DNA of 64,000 nt from Camelus ferus (Eukaryota): assembly GCF_009834535.1 (NCBI RefSeq), contig NC_045696.1, positions 45,200,001 to 45,264,000 of the forward strand, in the 5' to 3' direction. Shown one piece after another: positions 52,691 through 64,000 of the stretch (position 1 is its first letter; each line of letters starts with the position of its first letter). Below the pieces are notes generated by a model, which saw only the letters and a program-made list of their open reading frames with translations, did not search any database and was not told the DNA's origin. The translations under genes were made by a program, and so were the position numbers.

Positions 52691-54503
52691 TAGATAAAAG
52701 CCGTGTAGGGAAAGTATTTCAGGTACAGAAAGTAGTAAATCGTGTGTGTCAGGGGGGCGGGTTATTAAATATTATTACAGTTAAAAAACCATGATGGGTA
52801 CGTATTATGTAAGAATTCGTATCTCATAAATACGTAAATCTTTAAAAATCAGAAGAGTTAATCAATTTTGTACTGACAGGTAAGATTTTATTTCTACTCA
52901 TATCAAAATATTACATATAGGACTACTTGGGTGTTTTGTATGTACACATCCTGCTATTAAGGCACTAATTTATGGGAAAAAAAGACACACAAAGGAAGTA
53001 ATTAGAAAATGGGATAAATTTTCTATTTATCCCTGAAAATGGGGTAGAATTATTCACACCCTAAAACATGATAAAGGAAACAGGAAGGAGTTAACTAGGG
53101 GAAAAGGGCCGAGGAGGGCCTCCTGGAGGAAGACAGAGGAGGATGGAGAATGCGAGATCTGAATCAGCTGGGTGAGGCGGCGGGCAGGTCCTTCTAGTCA
53201 TGGGCTTCTCCTGGAGCAAACCCAGAGATGTAAGGAGGAGAAATGTATAAGAGAAAGCAGGAGCATATGACGGTGAAATTATTAACATAATTTGCTTGTC
53301 TGCGATTTCAAAGTGGATTTGTACCACACACCATGTTCCATTCCCATTAGAATCAAAGTGCTGCTTACTGCCATTAGTTCTTGCTTCACTGGGGAAAAGC
53401 ATTATTCTCCCATTATGTGTGCTTTTTCCTTATCTCACCATAAAAAGTGCTAGAGGCTGTGATAAAATTAGCAAAATGAACATCTGTAGCGATGAAGGGT
53501 ACATGAGCACCCGATCAGAGTGCCTTTGCACTTTTAATATCTCCTGGCTGAGACCTCCTGTGAGGAACATGCGTCTGAGAGGTGTTTTGTCCTGATCTGT
53601 TCTGTGCGTCTTTCCCATCCTGCCAAAGGAGACTGGAAGCCTCCCCAGGTATCTCTCCTGAGCCTTGGGGATGGTTCCACATCTGAGTTAAGCTTAATGT
53701 TGATGGTCTCCAGAACTTTACATCTTTAGGCATCAGACCCAGGAAGTACAGAAAAGGGTAAAGCTCGTATTGCAGTGAATCAAGGGTTTGTGGTCAAGGT
53801 CTGAAACTGTTCCCAAAGAGTTAACACATTCAACAGCAGAACACAAGCATGAACAATGAGAAGAAACATCTCCCTGACTGAGCAGTCCCCTGATGAGTTC
53901 ACTCTGATTTCCTGAATGGTAAATTCCTGATTTCTCCTCCAAAGACTGTGGCTCTTAACCATCCTCTCAGGAAAGAAGCCTCACCTATTTGGTCACCATG
54001 CAAAACTACACAGTGCATGAACATTAAAAAATACAAAGAATATATAAACACATAATGATGAGGTCAGTCCAAATTTTAGTCTAGTTTGGCAAATGTCAAC
54101 TTATAATTTAGACTCTTGATATATTATGCTATAACCCTTCTAAATTCATGTTTATTTCAGCCTCAGCCCTTAGGGAGCTCTCATAGGTCTGGTGTGAAGT
54201 CTTTTTTTTTTTTTTTTAATCATTAGCTCAATTCCCTCTAAATTTCAGGTTGCATTTTTTCTTCTCATAGGCTTCTGAATATTTGGTAATTAATTTAGTA
54301 TATATTTCAAATACATATTACTTGAATATATAAATATATATAAAATAAATATATAATTATTTAGTATATATTTTAAATAATTTAGTATATATTTCAATTC
54401 AGTCACTTAAATTGATTTTGCTTCAGCAAAACTGTATTGGGTACCTACCCTACCATGACCTTAGCACTAAGGGACAACGGAGATGACTAATCCTAAATGT
54501 GTT

Positions 54504-54971
54504 TGTCAGGGAGGAAAATCTTTTCCTCTATCCTCTTACCTTCATGTCTTGAATGCTTGCAAATTAAACTGACAAGAGATAGATTAGCAAGAGAAAAGAC
54601 ATATGAGAGTTCACAGAAAGATGTGACTCAAGGAGGGGTTTAGAATGTGGGACATGAATCTTAATAGGAGAAGAGGCAGAGGAGAAGCTCACTTATGGGA
54701 AAATAAATGACTTTCAGAAATGATAAACAGGCCCTTAGGAGAACAGATAGGAGATACAGTTCTGTGACAATGTTTTTTTAGTGTGATGCTGGGACTTCCC
54801 ATTTCCGGTGATAATAGTCAATATTTCCTGGTTGCTCCCAGGCAGGGGGTTTCTCCCCATGGAGTTGTCTGGGGAGGCTGTACTTTCAGGTAGGTAAGAG
54901 ATTTCAGGCACTCAAATGTCTTGCACTCAAAATAATGTTTACGCCACAGTGGCATATCCTGAACCCCTTCA
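54504..54971 (-). mobile_element. MER34-type ERV1 solo LTR
   Basis: Reverse strand starts tgaaggggttcaggatatgccac..attattttgagtgcaag and ends ...gattttcctccctgaca. Confidence 0.8.
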
Positions 54972-56112
54972 CTTCCATTTAGTAGGAGAAAGAAACACAC
55001 ACACATCACTGTGTCCCAAGCCAGCCACAAGGGCAGTGTGAGAACAGAGGAGGGAAAGCTGAGTTATGACTGGAAAAGTTTCGGAGACTCATGAGATTTC
55101 TGAAAAGTCCCCAGAATACTGGGTAGGACAGAGAAAGCTGGGGACACGAGACAAAAGGAAGAACGAGAGGCAAGAGTCTGGTGGCTTCCTTGGATTAAGA
55201 ATTCTTTTGAAATACAATCTCTCCTTGATACTAATTTCCTTAACTTTTTCCTTACTTTTTTTTCCTGGTTTTATTTATTTCTTATTTTTGTTGTTTTGCT
55301 CTTATTGATAGTTCACACTTTATTGAATCCAGTTTTCTTCTCAATCCTCTGTTTTGTAGTAACTGTGGGCCTAGCTCAGCCTCTTTCCTGCTATGTGAAC
55401 TTAAGTAACAATCTGAAGATTGTAGATAAACCAAAAGCACAGGGCCTCACACACAGAACACACAGCGTACGTGACAGCTAAAAACTCACCACTCATATGT
55501 CCATAGTCAAAAGTCTAATTATCTCAGTAAATGTCTACATATCAGTAGTATTTCATTTATAGTATGGTTTGGTCCAGAGTCCATACAGTATACTTATGTA
55601 TTATAAAATATGAGCTTTTATAGCCAGCCAGGTAGGATAAGAAGCCAGACTGATCAAGATGACTGAGTCTAAATTATTAATTACTGAAGGGAATGACAGA
55701 CTGGTCAGAAAGCAGGTCACGTGCCGAGGGTTCTTTTGAAAGTGGCCTTAAGACTGCCTGCGCTTCTAGAGGATGTTGGTCAGTAGCCCTGGCACTTGGA
55801 TGAGACGGGTCTCAAAGTGTAAACCACAGGTTCTTCCAGCCCAGGCTTCTGATTACAATCAAATACCTCAGGGGATTTACAGATTGGGAATCCATTGCAG
55901 CCTCATCATGGTCTAAGTTTTCCAGTCTACTCCTTATGTAAGTTTTACTGCTGTTTATAGCTGGAAAGTCTTAAAAGAAGTCTGATCATGGGAGATATTT
56001 TACATATGGCTCAGAGAAGAAATAATTCTTTAGAACCTAGACAATACTTAGCTACTTTTTGTATAGAATACTACGGTTGCCTTTACACAGTTGTTTTTGT
56101 TTTGTTTTGTTT

Positions 56113-56301
56113 TTTAACTTTGGACTTCTTTTCTTAGATGAGAGGAGTTTGTTCCTAGAATTCTCTTCTCCTTCAGAGGCAGGATGCCCCTGCCTGCACG
56201 GGCACGAATAGAAAGAGGAAGTAAGCACAATTGGCATTGTGCTGCTTTTTGTTCACCTTAACACGCCCTGTGAGAGTGATGTCCCTAGACCAGCCGTGTT
56301 T
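56113..56301 (+). repeat. Dispersed direct repeat, copy 1 (189 bp)
   Basis: Aligns by eye to 57974-58161 with 10 substitutions and 1 indel (~94%). Confidence 0.97.
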
Positions 56302-57409
56302 GCTCAGGGATGACTTTAACAGGGTAAAACAGTTTCACAAATCAATGCAAATGTTTAAGGCACCATTCTCCTTTTTACAGTATATTCAAGGCACTTAATG
56401 AATATAATCTGAATTTATCACTGTTCTGTTTAAATATGTCTAAATATTTACATGTTGAACCTTAGCAAAAAATGACAAATGGTTGACCAGTTCATTTTTC
56501 CCCAAAGTTAATATTCCAAAAAAAAAAAAAAGCAACCAACCCTTCTGCATGTTAACATCCACTAAGAAAAACAGTGCACGTGAATAGAGCAATGAAAAGA
56601 TTGTGAACACGAGCAGTCTAGGCACAGCTGACCAAGTGTTAGGTATGAAGTTTGTTACCCATCATGCTCCTCTGTGATGCAGCTGGGGAGGATCATCATC
56701 TCGTCTGAGGAGTTAGTGCAAAATTCAGGCCATCAGTTGGCGATAGTTCTTCATCCAACATGCTTACCAATCTGCCCACTTGCGTTAACCTCTCTTTTCA
56801 TTTTGGCAAGTAACATTTGATCCTTTTAATACACATTATTTTTAGCTGAATAGACGTTGCTTGGAGCTAATAGCTCGTAAGATCAACAGACCTGAGACCT
56901 GATGACCCCTTAGTCAAAATACTGAAAGAAGTTTATTCTTTCATTAAGAAGAAAATGCTTTTGTTTATTAAGAAGGTTCTATTTTCCTGGTAAGTTGTTC
57001 TCATATTTACATTATTTGTGCCTATAGTAGGGTCTAGCTGTTGAACTGAAGACATTTGTTGAACTAAAAGAAAAAGGAAGAAAGACCGAATATTCTATGA
57101 AGGATCTGACACAATGCATGTCGGGGGAGGTAGGCGAGACTGTGGGGGGGCTGGTATGTGTGGATGTGCAAGGTTCACACACAAATGTGTGTATGTGTAT
57201 AGGGAGGAGGGTGGAGTAAAAACAGGCTAAATTAGGTAGCCTTGTTTTTCCTTATGATAAAAAGCAGTAGAAATAGATTATCTTTTCTTTTCCCATTTTA
57301 CCAATGAATATTAAGAGAAGAACTTGTACATTACATTGCAAAAGGGACGCTAACTCATTATAATCATAAAAATAACATATTAAAGACCACCTGGGTTAAA
57401 CATTATGGT

Positions 57410-57630
57410 TAAGGATCAAACATCAGTTTAGCTCTCTACCGTCTACTTCCTGTGGGGCACTGGACAGATGACTTTATTCCTCTGATCCTTGGTTTCTGTA
57501 TTTTCATTAAAAAGGTAATGATTACATCTATTTCTTGGAGTAGAAGTAAGATTAAATGCAATGATGTATGTAAGGCACATAGCATGGTCCCAGCACAGCA
57601 CATTGTTAAGATCTCAATAAATGTTAGACT
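57410..57630 (+). mobile_element. MIR SINE
   Basis: cctctgatccttggtttctgtatt...aagattaaatgcaatgatgtatgtaaggcacatagcatggtcccagcacag...ctcaataaatgttag. Confidence 0.8.
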
Positions 57631-57845
57631 AATTTTTGTATGTGAAATTAGGCAAATTAATTATCTTTGATCTTCATTTCACTTGCATGAGATGCCTACT
57701 TCTCGGGAGCTGAAGAAGCCCCAGACACTTCTCAGATACTTGAACATTAAGAAGAGCATCAATATTAATAGAGTTTTCTAGGAAACCTTTCTTACATTCA
57801 TTTTTTTAAATCTGAGGATTTCCTAGGATTACTTGACATTAGAAT

Positions 57846-58245
57846 TAGGGCTGACTTATCCATTAGGCAGCCCAGTGCCTAGGACCCATTAAGGAGTATG
57901 AAAATATTCTACTTTACTTTAAAATCAGAAGAAAAATATATACTTTTAGGTAAACAATGTTTCAATATATCACTTTAACTTCAGACTTCTTTTCTTAGAT
58001 GAGAGGAGTTTGTTCCAGAATTCTCTTCTACTCCAGAGGCAGGATGCCCCTGCCTGCACGGGCACGAATAGAAAGAGGAAGTGAGCACAATTGGCACTGT
58101 GCTGCTTTTTGGTCACCTTAACATGCCCTGTGAGAGTGACATCCCTAGACCAGCCGTGTTTAACATTTAAAATATTTTTTTATAAACAGAAGGGTCCAAG
58201 AAGACAAAATTGCCAAAGGTCTATGAAAATCATGATGCAGTCCTG
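57846..58245. mobile_element. ORSL-like hAT-Tip100 MITE interrupted by repeat copy 2
   Basis: Left tagggctgacttatccattaggca..cagtgcctaggaccca..tttaaaatcagaagaaaaa; right aatatttttttat..gaagggtccaagaagacaaaattgcc..catgatgcagtcctg; termini tagggctg / cagtcctg are imperfect inverted repeats. Confidence 0.75.
57974..58161 (+). repeat. Dispersed direct repeat, copy 2 (188 bp)
   Basis: See copy 1; offset 1860-1861 bp. Confidence 0.97.
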
Positions 58246-59254
58246 CTTAAAAGGTGACGCAGGTAATAGTATTTTCCCTACTGTCACAGGCGACAGTGAG
58301 TCAGCTGAAAAAGGAGACAGTTCATTTGTTACTCTTCTGGTTGATTGCTGGTGGACAAAGCTGGGGAGGTTGGTGGCTGGGTGGAGCGGTGGGCTTATCT
58401 TTTTAGAGAGTACCAGGCATATTTACTCTCTAATAGTGACACACATCATCACAGTCACATCGGCAGATGGAAGGACACAGGAGGAGGAACTGCAGCAGAG
58501 TAAGGCCAGGGTAAGTGATTCAGATAATAGGGAAAGGAGAATACAGACAGAAATGATTTTCACTGTTCTTCAGATACAAGGTACAGCACCTCATTTAAAA
58601 TCATACTAGTAATTTTTAAAACCCACTGGAGAGCTGAAATAAAGTCATAGAGATGTGTGCTGATACAAATATTATAAAAACCCCTTTGCTCAAGAGGAGC
58701 TAAGTTATATTTAAAACACGCTGACATACAAATGCTATGTCTTAACAAAAAAGAATCTGAACTTGCTGTTAAGGCAAGCCCTGTGCTTAATCCTTTGGTG
58801 TAGTTATTTGAGCTCGGTATCTGATGTCTCATAAGATAATTCTGGACATATCAGGACGTGTTACACTTACTAAGAGTGAGGAGGAATCTTTTCTTTCTTG
58901 TTGCTTGGTTTTGTGATATTGTTCAAAATTATATTTACAAATGGCTTTCTTGACTGGTTTGGAGCTATTTAACATGTTGCAGAGTGCCAGTAATCTCCAA
59001 AATAAAACAGGTAAGACATTCCTCAGGAAACAGGGATTTAGAAACCACTGGTTTCCACTGTACGCCAGAAACATGCATTTTAACTGTAGTCTATAACATG
59101 AATCATCTAAGCAATCTTGCAAATACAATTTTGAATATGCTGTACAACACTCAGCTAAAAGAATTTTACTCACAGCCTACAGTAAGAATTGAGGTGCCCA
59201 CAGTGTAGATGACACTATGTTAGGCAATGGAACTCTGCCAACTGTATCACTGTT

Positions 59255-59432
59255 GGAAGGGGCTCCAAGTGAGAAAATCATCTCACTTCTTTTAACCTCA
59301 GTTTCCTTACTTGTGTACTAGAGGTTGCAATTCCTACTTTATTCATCTTTTGTGAGGCTCAAGTCAGATAATGCCTATAAAAGTGCTTTGGAAACTGCAA
59401 GAACTATGAAAATGTAAGGTATGTTTATTATT
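59255..59432 (+). mobile_element. MIR-family SINE
   Basis: cctcagtttccttacttgt...tgtgaggctcaagtcagataatgcctataaaagtgctttggaaactg. Confidence 0.75.
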
Positions 59433-60619
59433 GTCCTTTGGGCTCAGTTTTGATACCATGGCAATAACTGTGAGATTTTCATAAGAGTAGTGTGGGATTT
59501 GGGGCCAATTTGTGGACTTGAAAATATCTGTACGTGTAATTTAAGATTTAGTTCCATGACAGTGTCGTGGGCCATGATGTTTGTCTTAGGACTAATAAAA
59601 GCAAACACCTCTAACTAGCAACAAACTTAGTTGCCCTTTGTTGCCTATTTGGCCGCTCTGCAAAGTGATTTGCTTTGCTCTTTGCCAATGTGTTAGTTCA
59701 CAGAGTCTCCACTGAAGACTCTCAATGAAAATAAGAAATGTGCAAAGACAAACAAGTTTGTACAGAATCTTTGACTTCAGTTGTTAATTCAAGCCTGATA
59801 TTCAATTTGAAAGTTTTTTTCTAAAGCCATAAAATACATCCCTAAAATCAATAACAAGACATCAAATTTTACGGCCATAGGACCTAAATTATTTAGGATT
59901 AGCTTTACAGAATTTGTTACCGAGAAGGACAAAACTAAGCAGACGACTTTGGAAACCTCTTTGGAGCTCCAAGTTTCACTTTTCTGTTTTTCACTTTCTA
60001 TCCTTCAACTAACATTTACTGAGTACCTACTACATACACAGTGCTGCTACATATATCAACTCGTGTAATCTTCATAGCACTTAAAAAATCTCTCCAAGAT
60101 GACACACCTGCAGGCGACGGCACCTCCTACTTACTGACTCCAACGCCAGCCTTCTTTCAAAAACAAGAGTTTATCACCCAACGCTACACTCTAGACAGAG
60201 AGTGTCCTCATATTCTTTCTGTTCTTCTAATCAAAACTTGATCTCAGGAAAGAATTTGACAAACTGATTCACAGTAAGGCAGTAGGACACAAATGACTTG
60301 TAAGCTTAAGTTCATACCTAATGCAAGAAGATGTCTATTTCACCAGGGGAAAAGACTAATTGCAATCTTATGTCAAAAGCTTGAAACACTTTCTAAAAGT
60401 TCAGACATCAAGATGCAAGTGGGTTAAAGAAACTAATCAATACTCTGTATACTCATATTACATAAGTGATCCTCCCTAATTAAATAAGTGGTACCCTGAA
60501 CTGTAACTGTGACAGAAGGACTGATGCTTTACTACGTTCATGTAAAGCTTGTATTTAAATTTGTAACTGCTTCCAGTGGCCTTTGCTCATATAAAGTCAC
60601 CTGCAATGAGATTTCTGTT

Positions 60620-63600
60620 CAAGTTGGCACTGGCAGTTTATGTAAAATATTTCTCCTGCTTTTCCCCTAAAAATCACAATGAAGATGATATACCACATAT
60701 ATTTTTTAAAAGATATAGCTACCACCAAAAGTAAGATAAACATCTCTGAAGACCAGAAGCAGAATGAAAACAAAACAGTAAGTGAGGTTTAATTTGCAGG
60801 GCTCTCGAGACCCAGGATAAGAAACAAGCAGAAGTGGCCACGGATTCATCTTCTGATGACCACAATAGGTGGGTTCAGTGAGTGAAGTAGAAAGTTAGGC
60901 CAGGGCACCCATGGTCAGAGGCAAATATAAAGTTTTTGCCTCGAGGGCCTGGAGGAAACACAAATTGTTGCTCCACCAAACCTGGGCCAAGCCCCAACTA
61001 GCTTAGTAATATATCCATAATATCCTTGCATTAGGAGAGCTCTGGTTGCCAATAAAAGAGCAAGACAGGTGGAGACAACTGTAAAACGGTCACACATGGA
61101 AAGGTGAGAAAAGAGATTAAACAAAACCAAAGAAACCAGGAAAGGCATATTAAAGAAAATGCACTGAAGTTTCAAAGCATACAAGTAGAAAAACTTGACT
61201 CCTGGAAGATAGCCATCACACAAACCTTAATCTGGTAACATCATTACGTTTGAGTAATTTTAAAAAGACTTAATAAGTATGTACATTTAAGATCTTGGAA
61301 TGCATGAATGAAAGAAAGAACAAATGATTATAATACTGAAAAGAAGATTAAGAATAAAAATCATGTGGCTATAAAAAAGTACTGAAGAGAAATCTTAGAA
61401 ATGGAAAACGTAGCTTTTGATGTTATACAATAACCTAAAACCTGAGAAAAGTGGATGAACATCAGATTGGAAGAGATGAAGAGAACATTAACGAACTAGG
61501 AAGAGCACTGAAGATGTGGCCTAGAGCACAGAAAAGAAAGGGAAGGGAAGGCAAGCTGTGATGCCAACATTGTAACAGACCTGGAGCATGGTCCAACATC
61601 AATTGTATTCCCATTACATTTTTAGAAGAGGAGAAAGTTTCTGATAAGTTAGAAGTCTCCAGACTGAAGAAACAAATCCTCATTTAGAAAATGCAGATAG
61701 AAAGTTTAAAAAGATAAAAGTAAACAATTCTGTACCTGTAAAACACCCTGGCTAAAGAGAAAATCCGTAAAGTTCCCTGGGAGGAAAGCAAATTACCTGA
61801 TAATTAGAATGAGAGTAGGCATTTCTTGAGGAACAACAGAGCCCAGAAGACTTCGGAGCAGCCGTCTTAACATGCTGAATAAAAAGACACTGAGCTACCA
61901 TTATGTGAACCCTAAACTAGCACTCAAGAGTTAGGATGCTAGGAAAACACTTCTAACAGAAAACAAGTAATGGCATTTTTCACCCAGAGACTTTGGCTGA
62001 AGAAAGCCTGATGCATTTACTTTAGCAACAAGAAAAGTATATCTGGAATGAAGGAGCTGGATGCAAGAAGTGACAGTGAGGGAAAAAAATATGTCTGTAT
62101 ATTTGATTAAAAATGAGTAATTATTGTTATTTCTTTCTTTTTAAAAAGCTGGAACTAAAACAGTCAACAGAAATAATATTGGCAATGTCTTGTTTGAGAA
62201 TAGGAAAGAGACAGTAAATCCTTTAAATTTGTTAGAAAAACCTGGAGTTTAGGACATACAGGCTTAACCTCGGGTAGTCCATCTGCTGAAAGGGACACAG
62301 GCCAGTTCAAGTTCTCTGAGTGTCCCTCTTTCCTACAGAAACTAAATAATAGATATTGATAAAATAAATATCAATAGATACTGATAAAATTAAAAAAAAA
62401 CCCAGAGAAATCAAGAATCATGACATGGTAATTCTGTATCTACACTTATATCTAAAACATGTAACCACTAAAATAGTAGAAATATAATTGGTGAATTTAT
62501 ACAAGCAAACACACAAAAAGGATTAAGAAGAACTTTATCATTGTAGCAGAAAGGTAAGAAGAGAAGAAAGTGAAAAAGTGAAACAGGAATAAACATGATA
62601 CTTGTATATTGAGTATGTTAATAAAAAGAAAGCTGATGGAGTATTACTAAACAATAGAATGATGAACTAGAATTTAAAACAAAAGCCCTATTAAGTGTCT
62701 CCATAATAATAAAATATTTACCAATGCATGCAAATATTATAAATTGTGATACGCTAACAATATAGAACTATGGTACATAAAATTAAAATTGACAGGATTA
62801 TAAGAAGAAATGAACAAATCCATAATTGCAGTGGGGAACTTTAAAATATCCTCCAAGGGTTTATTCAAGAAAAATATTATCAAGGTTATATAAAATAGGA
62901 GCAATGTAGTCAACAGTGTTATCTATCTCTACCTACCTACTTATCTATCAAACTCTACATGCAAGAAATAACTATTTGTATCTTTATTCCAGCACACATG
63001 AAACCTATAAAGAAATTCGATCAGCATAAGCCATAGGGGAAATCTCAATTCCAAAAATATCAGTTGGTATTACCTGACCACAAAGCAATAATAAAAAAAT
63101 CAATGACAAAAGAATAACACATAAACATTGATATATATGGAAATAAACCGACACAGTGACACACACAGAGTAAATTACACTTAGGAAGAAAAAATCACAA
63201 TGGAAATCCCAGAGTATTTGAAAATGAATGGCAGTAAAAATATTACATATCAAAATGTGTGGCACATGGTTAGAGTGCTAATTAACAGAACATTTATTGG
63301 CAAGCATTCATATGCTAGAAAAGAAAAAAATTAAATACCTGAGCTACATGGTAAACTTAAGAAGATTAGATAAAAGTAAAAAAATAAAGGTAATATATCT
63401 AATAAACGAAGGAAAGAAGTTACAAAGGTAAGAATAAAAAATAAGGTAGAAAACAAGGAAACAAAAGAGAAGGTCTAAAAACCTAAAGCTGGCTTAAATA
63501 AAACAGAAAACTTTCAATCAAGGCTATTTAAGAGAAAACAAATAAGGTTAAATAATCAATACTAGAAAATGAAAAAAAGAGAATACAGAGTTACAGTGGT

Positions 63601-64000
63601 GATCTAAGATTGAAAAGGAAAAAATGAAGAACCTAATGACAAAAGAAGATTTTGAAAATATTTACACTACAAAAATGAATCAGGAAAAACTTGAAGAGAA
63701 CAATATCATTTAAAAAAAGTGATTTATCATCTCTCCCTTTCCATTCTTAGCCACAGAAAAAGAAAAGATGTTAAGCCCAGAAAGTTAAATAGGTTAAGTT
63801 CTATTAAACAGACAATAAACACATAATCTTTACCTAATAAAAACTGTTCTAGTAAATGAAAAAAAGGAAAACTACCTAATCATTTTTTAAGGCCCATGAC
63901 ACTTGAATAAAAAAATCAGATACAAAAGCATGAGAAAACAAAATTATCCAAGAATCTTACTTCTGAACACGGATAAAATGCTAACAAATGAACCCCAGCT
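60620..64000 (+). mobile_element. Ancient L1M (L1ME-like): 5' region, ORF1 and 5' half of ORF2, running off the window
   Basis: ORF1-like 61750-61940 (aaagagaaaatcc..attagaatg..gcccagaagac..); ORF2 ataattgcagtggggaacttta (~IIVGDF) at ~62822, atcaaaatgtgtgg (~QNLW), and an ENYRPISLMN-like region at the window end. Confidence 0.8.

Noticed and set aside
54290..54397. Three atttagtatatattt units with short spacers (also aaacattaaaaa x3 near 23593-23637)
   Set aside because: AT-rich slippage repeats; not CRISPR-like (units too short, irregular low-complexity spacers, eukaryotic context).
58091..58609. 172-aa ORF
   Set aside because: Non-ATG (TTG) start; runs across the duplicated segment, the ORSL arm and flanking DNA, so it is an accidental read-through.

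Overview
AT-rich, CpG-poor eutherian genomic DNA, intergenic or deep intronic. I found no protein-coding exon I can recognise, and no CpG island, RNA gene or CRISPR array. The ORFs in the supplied track are fragments of decayed L1, L2 or ERVL elements, microsatellite read-through, or chance-length ORFs. Roughly half of the window is interspersed repeat: two younger cetartiodactyl-type L1s, several old L1M pieces, long L2 tracts, L3/CR1, MIRs, MaLR/ERVL/ERV1 LTRs, two ERVL internal remnants and hAT MITEs. The L1 3' ends and the absence of other orders' SINEs suggest a camelid (inference). Repeat family names were recalled from consensus sequences by eye and need Dfam/RepeatMasker confirmation; most boundaries are approximate. 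I did not find a convincing new biological system. The best second-look items are: a ~189-bp segment duplicated 1.86 kb away into the middle of an ORSL-like hAT element; a cluster of four PBX-HOX-type motifs next to E-box/CRE/ETS/TCF sites at ~42.5-42.9 kb; a fold-back element at ~47.0-47.3 kb; a pre-miRNA-sized hairpin at ~15.85 kb; and an LTR33>L2>L1 nested insertion stack.
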